Origin: Podospora anserina
Lineage: Eukaryota
Assembly: GCA_017654855.1 (NCBI GenBank)
Contig: CM030336.1
Coordinates: forward strand, 1 to 64,000
DNA length: 64,000 nt
Direction of reading: 5' to 3'
In this document: positions 49,581-61,603 of the stretch, piece after piece
How the letters are laid out: each line of letters starts with the position of its first letter
How positions within the stretch are numbered: position 1 is the stretch's first letter
Program-made: the position numbers and the translations under genes
The notes under the pieces: model-generated
Seen by the model: the letters and a program-made list of their open reading frames with translations, nothing else
Databases searched by the model: none
What the model was told of the DNA's origin: nothing

Positions 49581-52150
49581 TTATTGAGCCTCCCTACTGT
49601 GATCAGATCTAGCCAAAGCCTGGTCCAAACTCTCCAACAGACTGGGTACAATGCTGTCCCCGAACAAATGGGGATGTACGTCCATAAGAGACCTCAACGC
49701 TTCTAACAGTCCTAGCAGCTGTCGAGAGTGGAATGTGATGTCTTGATCGAACTTTGACGCCACCCCTGGTCCACGTCTTTGAATCCACATTGTGCTGTCC
49801 AAAAGACTACTGAGAGCAAGACTATCCCAAAATATACCCCCTTCCATGATACCCTGAACAGGGGAATAAACGGTGTAAACTATTCTCGAAGCAGGGGGTA
49901 TGATGAGTATATCGTCCTGCTCCAAAATAAAAGCCCTTTGTGCATCACTTCTCTCAAGACTCTTCAGCGCAGGGTCCGTATCAGTGTCAGAAAGAGAGGC
50001 AAAGATGCAGATTTTGAGACCCTCAAGATTACGCAACCAAACCCCACTCATGGTGGCAAAGGATGGCCCAAAGCAGAGATGGGGAAGGGTGACGGCGTTG
50101 AAGTCAGTTCTGATCTCAGGCAAAACCTCGGGGCTTCCTAGTTGTTGGCATGCACTGGCACTCCTGCTAGTGCGTAGTCTGAGTCGCTCTACCAGACAGT
50201 CTAGTAGACGGAAACGTGGAAGCATGGTCAACAAAGGTCGATGCGAGTGGGTCATGTTCCTGAGATTGGAAGTGCCTCGATCGTGAACAGAGTTGGCAAG
50301 TTCATCCTCCAATAAACACAAAGAATCAAGCATGGCGTGCATACCAGAATCTAGAAAGGTTTCCTTGATGATCACTGGCTTTTCGAACACTTGGTGTGCT
50401 TTAGCGGCCTGGATAGCTTCGTCGGAGGTGAGATAGAGCACATCAGCATCCATGGGAGATGCAGCACGACCGGGCAGGACCGCATTACCTTGCGTCCACA
50501 TCGAGGCCCATTTTGTTGCTGCCTTCAGCGGTGGTGCCTGGTCTTGGTGGGTTTCAAGGGGGTCTTGCCGGGCCTCCTTTGCAAGCATGCCGTCGATATA
50601 AGGCATAATTGTAGGGTAATATTGGTTATGAAGCGTTTCCTCCAGGCTGGCCAAGCCTTTTCCTGTGATTGGAGCCGTTCCAAGATATAGAGCTGCTGAG
50701 GTGAACAGGTCGGCTTCCAACTCGCTGGATTGTGGTGAGGTTGGGCTAGGTTCCGAATGGAGTCGAGATGGGCCTGAAAAGCTGGGGGTTGTGGGTTCTG
50801 ATGTTATGGTCGAAGGTTGAGGTTGCCCAAAGGAGTTCATGGCTGAGGGCGAAAAGAACAAGGCTGAAGATTGCCAGCACATGGGATTGTGCATATCGAT
50901 GCTGTAGGACAGGTCTGCGCTGTTCCAGTCCCACATCGAGTCAAAGAGTGGCATCGCTTCCGAGGGCGCAGAGGACATCTCCTGGAAGTTCTCTAGCTGA
51001 TTCAGCGACACGTCTAAGCTGGGCTGTGTGTCCCGAAGTTGGTCCTGTGCAGGTGCTATCTGAGCATCTCCCGGGCCATCATCATCGCCTGTACTCACTT
51101 CCGCAGGCGAGGTTTTCAGCGGCATGGTATGCTGGTGTCTTGGCGAAGATGGCAGGCAAGCTTCGCCCCGAGCAGCGAGGACGCCGAATCGGTCCCTTCG
51201 CAAAAGATGGGCCGCAAAGTGACCGGGTCTGATGTCACGCAAGAAGACTGTCGCCTGTGCGTCCACGGCGACACGGCCATCCTGACTGGCGACCCACAGC
51301 TCCTCCATTTTGCCATCAACTGTCGTCAAAGCCAATGTAACCAGATCAAAGTCGCGATGGGGCTGCAGAGGAGCCTCGTTCAACGTCTTTAACCGGCCAC
51401 CAAGAAGCGCCTGTCGATGTCGGTGTAATAACACAGCATTGAGGCGCGGCAGAAATTCGTTGAAGAAGTCGGGGTAGCTTGTTGCACACGCTCGGAGCAT
51501 GTTCATTTGTACCTGACTAGCACAATTCCAAGCATAGTGAAACACCACGTCGGGAGACCAGAGCGCAACAATAAATGCGAGGTTTCGTAGACGGTTGTTT
51601 TCATTGTATGCCCGTTTTCGCTTCTTTTTGGTAGCCTCTTCACGCTTGTTTCTGTCTGCCAGGTGGGATAAAGCCAGCAGCTCTTTCCACTCTGGTTCTC
51701 TATTTGCCTGTGATCGACGCGAAGAAACGATCCTGGCCACAGAGCAAAACGTGGAGATGCGTGTGTCGAGGTGGTCACACTGGTCAACAAGGCCGTCGCG
51801 AATGCTTGAGAATGTCGAGATGGGCGCGTTGCTAGCCCATGCTTGATACAGCTCCTCGAGCCACGCTCGAGTCTCCTGATCAAACCCAAGGCTGGTGTCA
51901 TGACCAGGCTGAAGCTCCCAACCCCTATTCAACCCCTGTCAGCGTTTTTGTGAGCACGGGCCGTGGCCGCAGCAACTGGAACTTACTTTGACGGTGGGCC
52001 GTGCACCATCCCCTTGATAGGTATGAATTTCGATGAGATTTTGCGGCGTTGCTGTAGGGCTGGGCATAAAGGCGTACGGGAAGCCCTTGGAGGAAGCTGA
52101 GAGCCTGTTGAGGGTATGGGTGTAGCCCTTGGAGGAAGGAGGTCCGACAT
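49581..52150 (-). CDS. Large protein with basic NLS-like patch, S/P-rich linker and degenerate JmjC/cupin-like C-terminus (possible regulator), 2 exons
   Basis: The 783-codon open frame is extended by intron 51925-51986 (GTAAGT...GCTGAC...TAG) to an ATG at 52150. KKKRKR patch. C-terminal ILEQDDILIIPP..VYTVYSP..IMEGGIFWD resembles JmjC beta-strands. The CDS is secure; the function is tentative. Confidence 0.65.
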
Positions 52151-53314
52151 CTCAAGCAGAAGAAGGGTGGGTGACAATTGTTCATGTATGCCTCGATGTA
52201 ACTTGGCGTACTTTTTGCCTCAAGTCCTCCACTTCGGACAATCCCTCCCTCCCTGTTATTATGGCGTCATGTTGATGTTCTGTTTGGTGTGTTCTGGCAA
52301 TGGGAATCCTTCACATTGCTGTCAACAAGAAGGCAACATTGTGAGAGTACATGTCAAACAGCATAACCCACGCTCCCATCTGACCAGTAAGGAAGCAGAG
52401 GGACAAAATATGAGGTAATGAAAACTGATGCATGTAAGCCGGATACACGGAGCCCATCATGCAGAGGCCTTGATGGAGGTACTTTCAAGGCTGAAGCCTG
52501 CCAAAATGCCAGGACAAATTGTACTATACGCTGCTGTGTAACTCATGGTACGGATGATCCGCGAAAGACATGGGGTAGGCCCATGCATCATTGAGACGCT
52601 GAGCGTGGTGCCTGTGAAGATGCCAAGAGCTAGATGCGGTTTATTAGGTGGGTTTGGGGGCTGTGGGGCGGGCCGTCTGAGGCGCGTGGCTGCTGAACCG
52701 TTGGTGTCTCTGTTTCCCACCTCCAACCACTCACATCCGAGACGGACTCACATGTTCGCAGTTGGGCCTCACCAACGGCTTCGAATTCAGCGGGCCCCGG
52801 AGTTGAAAACCCTATGGGGCTCTCGGCGCTGTCCCGTGTTTCGGTCTGCGTGTCTTCCTTGGTTCTTTGAGCTCCGCGCCGCAACGGTGAATGAGAAATG
52901 GGGCAAACATTCCCTACAGTACACCGACTCGATCCTGCCTCGTGGCACCTGCCTCTAAGGTAGAAACATCCGCTCTACTATGCCTCCAAGGGATATGACT
53001 AGCTCCAACGCGACTGCTGACTGGAAGCTGGAACGAGATCCGGGCCCCGATTTGCCCGATGACACACCAAAGCTGAAAGGGGCATCGGTTTAAAATGGAC
53101 CTGTTCTTTGACGAACCTGTCGTGCTGGATGGCGAAATTGAATGCAAATGCACCTGCATCTCCTATTCTCCAACCTGCGCTGCAACACAACCGCATCTTG
53201 CCATCAAATCGACCTCACTCCCTCACCGCCGGCTGATTGACGACAACCAGCATCTAGAGATATGCAGCCTTGAGAAGCCAGCGACCACTCACGTCCTTGC
53301 CCGCATCGCACAAC

Positions 53315-55062
53315 ATGGCGACCAAAACGACCACCGTGACCGAGTTGCACACCATCTCGTTCGACCCCTCCACCACAAACTCGGGCGCGACTTCACGGAA
53401 AAGCCAGAGCCGCGATGCAACAGTCGTGGCTTCTGATTCAGAACCAGAGGCGTCTCCCATCTCGGCCAAGTCAAGGCCGGCTCTGCTGCCCAAAGGCCGC
53501 GCCATCATCGTGACCACCCAGCTTTGTGGCCTGCTGTTCTTCAGCAGCTTCTGCAATGGCATCATCGTCATCGCTCTACCTGCCATGCACTCGGAGCTGG
53601 GTCTACAGGAGAGCCTCCTGGTTTGGCCCACCTCGAGTTACTATCTCACGGCCGGTTCCTGTTTGTTGCTGGCCGGCTCCATCGCCGATGTTGTCGGTGT
53701 GAAAAAGGTCAACCTCGTTGGCTCTTTCCTCAGTTCCATCTTTGCTCTGGCCTGCGGTCTGGCACAAACTGAAGGTCAAATAATAGCATTCCGGGCCCTT
53801 CAGGGCATCACAAACGCCATCATTGCCCCCTCAGCGATATCCATCATCTCCAATAGCGTGGCCGAGGGCCGGCCGCGGAACATGGGGTTTGCATGCCTCG
53901 GATTCAGCCAGCCGCTCGGGTTCAGTCTTGGCTTGGTGCTCACGGGGGTCATGACAGACACGGTGGGGTGGCGGCCAGCCTTCTACCTTGTAGCCGCCTG
54001 CAGCATAGTTTTGTTTACCATTGGGATATGGTCACTTCCGCAAGACATTCACTCATCGGGTAGCCAATCCGTTCTGAGGCGGCTCGGAGGTGAGATCGAC
54101 TGGATCGGAGTAGGCTTGGCCAGCATGGGGCTGGCCCTGTTTTCATACGTTTTAGCGTAAGCATCAACACCTGTGAAACATTCGGCGGGCCTGCATAAGC
54201 TAATTGAGTGATGCTTCTAGATCCCTGTCGGCCAACATCCAGGACATTCGTCAGGCTGGCACCATCGTTTTGCTCGTAATTTCTGTCTTTTCTGTTCCAT
54301 CCTTTGTGGGGTGGATGCACTACCAGACCAAGAAGAACCGCACAGCACTGATCCCGAACTCTCTCTGGCGAAGCGGTGTGTTTACGAGCGCCTGCGTCAT
54401 GGTTATGCTGACCAACGCTTTGATCAACTGCATGGAGTTGTATAGCAGTCTATTGTAAGCCTGTTTCCGAAGCTTCAAGGTCCATGTCTAACGCGTTGTC
54501 TCCTTAACTTAGCTTCCAAACTATTCAGGGACAGTCTGCTCTGACGGCGTCCCTTCAAGTGCTTCCCTCTTTGGTAGCCGGGATTATCACCAGCATTCTC
54601 ACGGGCATATTTGTCAACCGCATGCCTGTATTCTGGACCGTCCTCATCACTACAATCGTCAGCACTGTCTCGGCCTTGTTGATGGCCCTGGTCCGTACCG
54701 ACCAAGTATATTGGGAGAACGCCTTTGTTGCGCAGATCCTCTCACCCATCAGCTGTGACCTTCTCTTTACAGTTGGCCTCCTGATCATTTCGGATGTTTT
54801 CCCGAAGCACATGCAGGCTTTAGGCGGCGCAGTGTTCAACACGTGTGCTCAGCTTGGGGTCGCCATTGGGCTAAGTGTGACGCAGGTCGTTGCCTCATCG
54901 GTCACAAACAACTCGCAATATGACAACAAATCATCCCCCGAAGCCCTTATGGAGGGATATAGGTTAGCTTTTTGGATCATGTTTGGTTGGATGGTGTTTG
55001 TTTGTGGGGTATGCGCTGTTGGATTGAGACGAGTGGGTGCAATTGGTGTCAAGCGTGACTGA
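53315..55062 (+). CDS. MFS drug:H+ antiporter-like transporter (DHA2 type), 3 exons
   Basis: GSIADVVGVKK (motif A), FRALQG and IDWIG, with many hydrophobic helices. Introns 54157-54220 and 54455-54512. Confidence 0.92.
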
Positions 55063-55471
55063 TGCAGTGTTGGGTTGTCCGATGATTGGTGTTCAAGCTT
55101 GTTCAATGGGTAGACTGATAGATTGGTAGACGGACGGGCCTATAGATACAGCATTCTTCGGTTGGAATTTAGGCACAATAGATAGGTACATACTTTGCAG
55201 AATCGAGTCTAACGCAGACGTATGTGCCCGTGAAAGAGAGTTGGGTTGTAGCTGTATCAACCGGACTCGCCCTCGGATTTGAGCCAACTTTGCATATATA
55301 TATGCCGACCAAGGGACATCCCGCGGCGATTTCCCACTCGGGAATTTCCCCTACCTGGAATGATATGCATGACGGATGTCATGCAGACTGGATGCATCCA
55401 TGATTCTCCCCGATTGGAAGAATGCGACGGGCGAGTAGGAACAGTGCCGCTTGATGACTTCGGCACAACTA

Positions 55472-56765
55472 CTGTGGTTACGTACAAAAGTTTTGCCCCC
55501 TTGTCAAGTACCGCCCAGGGCCTTGTTTTTTTGGCTAGGCCAACTTCGGCCAAAATTCTACCGCAATTTCCTCCAGACCAGTATTTTCCACCTTTCAACA
55601 CCACTTAGCCAGCCAGCCAGCACCACAATGGCTCCCAATCGCCACCTTACTACTGAAGAGCGTCAACGAATTCGTACCCTTTATTTCGACGGCCACCTTA
55701 GCCAACCCCGAATTCAAGAAACCACTGGTTATACGAAATACTAAATCCGCTATACGATACGAGCCCCGGCGGCCGAGGTCGCCCCACGATCTGGCCGACC
55801 ACGCGTTATTACGGCCGATCAAGAGCTCGAGCTTATTCGGTATGTGTGTGAATCAAAGGCATACCGTCGGATGAGCTTCCTGGAGCTTTCTATTACCCTT
55901 TTCAACTCCCTTCTTAACTGGATTACGATTCGCAACGCCCTTTACCGCCACGGATTTCGCCGTCGAGTTGCTCGGAAGAAGCCTCCTATTTCAGAAGCCA
56001 ACCAGCAAAAGCGACTGGCCTAGGCTATAGAATATAAAGACTAAACTCTCGAATAATAGCGTATAATCCTTTAGAGTAACGAAACCTAAGTAGTTAGTGG
56101 TCCTCACCGTAAGTAGTATATTACACGCCGAATCGACGAGGAATAGGACCCTACTTATATCGTTAAAAAGCACTAGAGAAAAGGAGGGTGGATATTCTGG
56201 AGCTACTTTTACGGCTTAACTAAAGGCCCTAGTATCTTCTAGGAAAAGGAATGGGGATCGATTAATAAGTATTCTTATCGAAAGAATATCCTTCCTAACG
56301 TCTACGAATTTATTAACGATACCTTCGAGCAACACCATTTACAGTTTTCTTTTATGTAGGACGGCGTACCTAGCTATCGAGCGGCCGGTACGAAGAAGGA
56401 TCTTAAGAATAGGAAGATTAGAGTAGTTGATTAGCTTCCTTTTTCCCCAGATTTAAACCCTATTGAATCCTGTTGGAATTGGATGAAGGATTATATTGAG
56501 GATAAATACGGCCTTGAGGAGAAGCCGTCGTACGCGAAGTTGAAGAGGTACGTGGAGGAGGCCTGGCAAGAGCTTCCGGAATCTTACTTTCAAACGCTGT
56601 TGGATTCGATGCCCAGTCGGTGTGAGGCAGTAATTGCAGCGAATGGTATGCATACAAAATACTAGCTATAGATATGGTGATTATTTTGTAGAATACAATC
56701 GTCAGGGTGGACCTTGACTAGCGCGAGTACTTGACAAGAAGGCAAAACTTACCCCTGCACCACAG
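55472..56765 (+). mobile_element. Tc1/mariner (impala-sized, 1294 bp) DNA transposon with RIP-broken transposase at 55628-56665
   Basis: TA TSDs. Imperfect ~40-bp TIRs CTGTGGT...AAGTTTTGCC..CTTGTCAAGTAC. HTH region with RSGRPR, ARKKP and SPDLNPIE. Premature TAA/TAG codons. Confidence 0.92.
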
Positions 56766-57678
56766 TAGCCTCCGACTATGCAATATATGTACTGCTAAGA
56801 GGCTCAGATGGTCTACCTGGTATGCAGTGACTTTTTGCTCTTCTTATTAGCCACATGGGTAGGAATTCATGCCGGGTGGGGCGGGGGTCGCTCTCCTCCC
56901 TACTTTTACGTTCATCTCGTATCCGTAAACAACACTTGAACCAAATCACTTGCAGGTCGATCAGCTCGACTCATCAGTTGTGCAGCGAAGGGCAGATTGT
57001 ATATGCATTGGTTCCATACCTGGTATGGAGGGGTAACCTCGTCGAATGTCTATTGCTTTCCAGTACACTCGTCTCCATGCCAGGATTGGTATTTCCCACC
57101 CGTAGAGATAGCAAATGCTTCGGACTTTGAAACATTTGAACGACGTACCATTTTCGTTGTGTCGATAACTTGGTAGATACTATCACTTCTGTGTCTGCGA
57201 GTTGACAGAAAATCGCATTGACAACGTGGAACTTTCTTGATCCTCCGCTGTGCAGTATCGTGCTCACAACATTCCAACTAAATCGAAATCAATGTCACAC
57301 AGCTTACTGTTCCTAAGAATAGTCCTGGTCGACAGTACGATGCTATCAGTGACCCAGGGCAACTATAAATCAGCATCCGATAGAGCTGAAAGGTTGATGC
57401 GGGTTTTTGCTGATACTTTGTCCCAACCGTAACAAAAAAGTAATCTGTGTCGGGGTATTTAAGAGACTGGATGATTGATGCGGCATCAGCTTCTATTGGA
57501 CTGAGTGGAAGTCTGGCTTTTGATGCCAGGTCGGCCGTGGTGTTCTATCATTCTACCATCAGCCCGCCCGACTCCCGGTGTTTCAGAGGATGAAGCGGTG
57601 GGTGGTAGATTCCCATGTGTGGACTTTTGGTTCTGGCTGGGTTGTTTTGAAGTTAGAGTCTCACCGTTGATGCATGTA

Positions 57679-59541
57679 ACGTGCGTGATAAGCGAGCCGA
57701 ACAGACAAGCGAGCCGAACACTTTCTAACGCAGCGTAACCCTCCGACTTCTTTTACCAACTTTACTACTAATTCGCTATGAATTCACTTCCAACCGAATC
57801 TCGAATTATTTTAGCCCTCGAAGCTATCAAAAACGACCCAAATCTTAATCTTCGACGCGCAGCTAAGCTTTATAACGTACTAATTATAACTCTTTATAAC
57901 CGACGCGCTGGCCGGCTTATACGACGCGATATACTAACTAACTTACGTAAGCTTACCGCTTTAGAAAAGAAAATAATTATTTAATATATTATTAAGCTAT
58001 ATATATATATATTTTATCTTCGGCTTTTATATATAAAAAATATAATTAATTGATTATTATATGAACGCGACGTACCTCCTATTAGTATATAATAGACTTA
58101 TAATTTTATTAAATATTAATTAGAATTTCAGACGCGTTTTATGTGTAAATATAATTATTAAAGGGCTAAATATAAGGATTTAAAGGTTATTAATAAGTAA
58201 TTTATTTTTATACAGAATATTAAAATTAAATATAATATTATAAATAATAATATTTATAATTTTAATAAAATTAAATTTATAATAAATATTATCTTTATGA
58301 ATATAATAATTATAATTTTTAATAATTATAATAAAATAAAATTAATTTAATTTAATAACCGTAAATAAATAATAGTAATTTACAAAATTAATATTTTCGG
58401 TTAATTTATTTTTTATTATTATTTAAATTATATAATATTATTTAATTAATTAATATATTAAATATAATTTATTATTTACTTAATATATTATAATTATTAA
58501 TAATAATTAAATTATTAATATAATAAATTTAAATTAAATTAAGTATTTTAATTATTATATAGCGTCCTATATAAAAAATAAATATCGATTATTAATCTTT
58601 AACGGTTATAAAAGTTATTACTTAATTAAATTTAAACATTATTATTAATAAAATAATATTATTACGCTTTATATACTTTTATATTCCTTTTACTTCCTTT
58701 AATTATTTAATATTAATAATTACTTTAAATTATTAAAATAAATATATAATCGTTAAATTAAAAACTTAATAAATATATATATTAATTATATAAATAAATT
58801 TAAATTCCTTTATACTTTCTATAAAGCTTTTTTCGCTTTTATAATAAAAAAAATATATAAAGTAGTTTTATAGATATTAATTTTATACTATACGATTTAA
58901 AAAAGAAAAATTTTTAAATTAAATATAAAGCTTCGTACGTTAATACTTTTAAACTTACGGCCCGGCATTATATAATTTTAAGTCTCCTAAATACTATATA
59001 ACCTTTAAAAAACTAATTTATAATTAATATTTATTAAAATTTATATTATTAACTATTAAAATAGCTTTTTAACTTTAATATTAATTACTATAAATTAACT
59101 TACTAAAAGTATAATAACTATAATATACTAAATAGTTTTCCTTCGTATAAAGAATATTATATTCTATAAAGCTAACGAGGTACTAAGTAGGCGCCGGAAA
59201 ACTAAAAAAATACGTATGTAGCTTGGAGGGTCACTTACTGTACAAGAGGCACAGGATCTACTAGATCAGAAGGCTATAGGCAAGTAAGTAATTTAGGAAG
59301 ATCGATAAAGTGGTGGTGGTGCAAGGGGGTCTCGTCCGAAGATTCAGTGCTGTAGCGTGTGCGGTAAGCCAGACTATAATACACGCACCTGTAAGGAGGC
59401 TGCAGAATCATCTGATTCATCTATTTCTGGTTTAATTATTGTGGTTTCCTAGTATTGTGGTTATGTAATTGAAGATAGTTGTAGTGGGGTGGTGGAAAGT
59501 GTTCGGCTCGCTTGTCTATTCGGCTCGCTTATCATGCACGT
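57679..59541 (+). mobile_element. Fot1/pogo-family DNA transposon (1863 bp), heavily RIP-degraded
   Basis: TA TSDs. ~45-bp TIRs ACGTGCGTGATAAGCGAGCCGAACAGACAAGCGAGCCGAACACTTTC. HTH start at 57778 (LRRAAKLYNV) and a C-terminal CxxCG zinc-knuckle relic at ~59350. Confidence 0.93.
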
Positions 59542-60001
59542 TAGGTAGTTCAGCTCTTGTTGGGCAATCTTCAAGCTATTACTTAAGTTCAGATTGTGTT
59601 AGATGATGACGTTGCCATGGTATCCTTTTTGAGAGAATGGACTTGCGGTTGCTTTGGAGTGGCCATGAGTGAAACGCCTGTTTAGGTACCCCTGAGTTGG
59701 TTATATGCGATGTGCAGGCTTAGGTTGGCTGAAGAGTGTGTATGCGATGCAGGGCTCGTGGTGCCTTTGCAATCATAGAGGTCAAGGTAATGGCTTCCAT
59801 CTTTAAAGATCGAGGTGAAAATTCCCAGCAATGAACGCTACACAAGTTTCCATTCCTTATGACCCATGGTATATAACAAGACAAATTCCCAGTCCAGTGA
59901 CTTGCGCCAGTATGTCCGTCTCATAACCCAGCTTCTATCCCTACCAGTAACAGAATAAACAAAAAGAGTGTACATGTACCATCCAATACCTATACCGTCT
60001 G

Positions 60002-61603
60002 TTACAACCTGCCGACCATGAACTGATCCAAAAACAGCAAGCTCTGGTCCATATCCTCCTTGAGCAGCGACTTGCCCGCTGTCATGGGCAATCTCTCGGG
60101 TGCGGGCTGTGTGAGATACACCTTGGCTCTGGTACGGTGCGCAGATCGAAAGACCTATCTTCTGTTAGTAAACAAATCAACATAGGTACCAGGTATGTAT
60201 CAGTATCAGAAGCTTTACCCTCAGCCTTTTGACAATATCCTCGAACTCCTTCTTGATCTTTCCATCAAGCCCCTCATCCGCCAACTGGCCCCTAAAGGCA
60301 TGCTTCTTGACCACTTTGCAGAATCTTCTCTGCAAGAGAGGGACATTTCTTTCCTGGATCAGCCTGGGCAGGTACGCCTCCAATCCCAAAAACGCATCCA
60401 GGGCTTGGAACAGCAAGACCTGATTTCCACTCAGCCCATCAAACTTCTCCCACTCTCCATTGGTGATATTCTGGTGTCCCATGCCCCAGGCATAAAACCC
60501 TTGAACGCGGCTCAGCCACACTGATCTCGCAATCTTGGCGTCGTGAACTCGGTCGTAATAGCTGCTTAGCAAAGGGCGTAGCTGGCCTTTGATGTCACGG
60601 ACATGTTCGAGACAAGACTCCTTGTCACCCCGGGCGTATGCCAGGATACTTTCGACAATGGAGCAGTAGATTGGTACACCTAGCACTTCGACCTCCTGAA
60701 AGATGCGGGCGAATTCCTCCTCTGAGGACTGAATAAGAGTCGAGAGGCCGGTATTGATCTTGAGGGCGTAGCCTCCAGCTGGGTTGAAGTTGAGAACCAG
60801 GTTAGACATGTTGTTTCCGGATTCGGAATCGAGACCAAAGTGTGACTGCATGGAGTTCCAGGGCATGACGAGTTCCATGGGGAGGGCAATGGACTTTTCA
60901 AGTTGGGCGAGGCGGACTACTGGGATGCTTGCCCATCTGATTTTGTTAGCCACATGGATATTTTTGTGAACCCAGTCCAGACATGGACGACATAGGACGC
61001 TTACCTATAAGCATGTCTACACCAAGCCACACAGCAGTAGAACCCATTGTAAGCATCCCTGGGGAAGACATCCCATCTTCCAGCATCGGCCGCGTGCAGC
61101 AGTCTCTGAACTTCAGCCAGGTCAACCTTTTGACTCAAAAGCTGAACGAAGCGTGTCCTGAACTCGAATATGCGCCTTTCGTTGATGTTGTCGTCAAGAG
61201 ATGCATTCTCCGCTGGTAGGAGGGGAGCCATCTCATGGTAGATGTCTTTGTATGCCTGGAGGCATGCGGGCCATGTCTTTTCATTGTGATTGGATCTCGG
61301 AGGCCAGCAACCAGCTCCATCCTGCTGAACAAGGGTGGAGAATGATGAGGCGACCTCGTGGCAGTCAGACAGGTCGTGGATGATGTCGAGCTTCTGTTTA
61401 TTGAAGGCGCATGTTGAATTGTGGGTGTTCGTCGAATCTGAAAAGACTATGCCGGATCGAGTGAATCCTTTGAAAAGATTGAAGGACGGAATGGTGTACT
61501 GAGACAGGCGCTTCATGAGCCATGGCCTCCATGGCGTAGACACTATGAGCGTAAAGATGCTCCCAAGAACGGAGAGGAAGATGAACTCTGAGAGAGGAGT
61601 CAT
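60002..61603 (-). CDS. Indoleamine-2,3-dioxygenase/PrnB-fold heme protein with N-terminal hydrophobic segment, 3 exons
   Basis: GLSGNQVLLFQALDAFLG and FRSAH (proximal His) resemble IDO motifs. Introns 60937-61004 and 60155-60218 restore the frame. Stop TAA at 60002-60004. Confidence 0.75.

Noticed and set aside
45732-55106. Numerous antisense and alternate-frame ORFs overlapping the called genes
   Set aside because: Shadow ORFs of GC-balanced coding sequence with no motifs.
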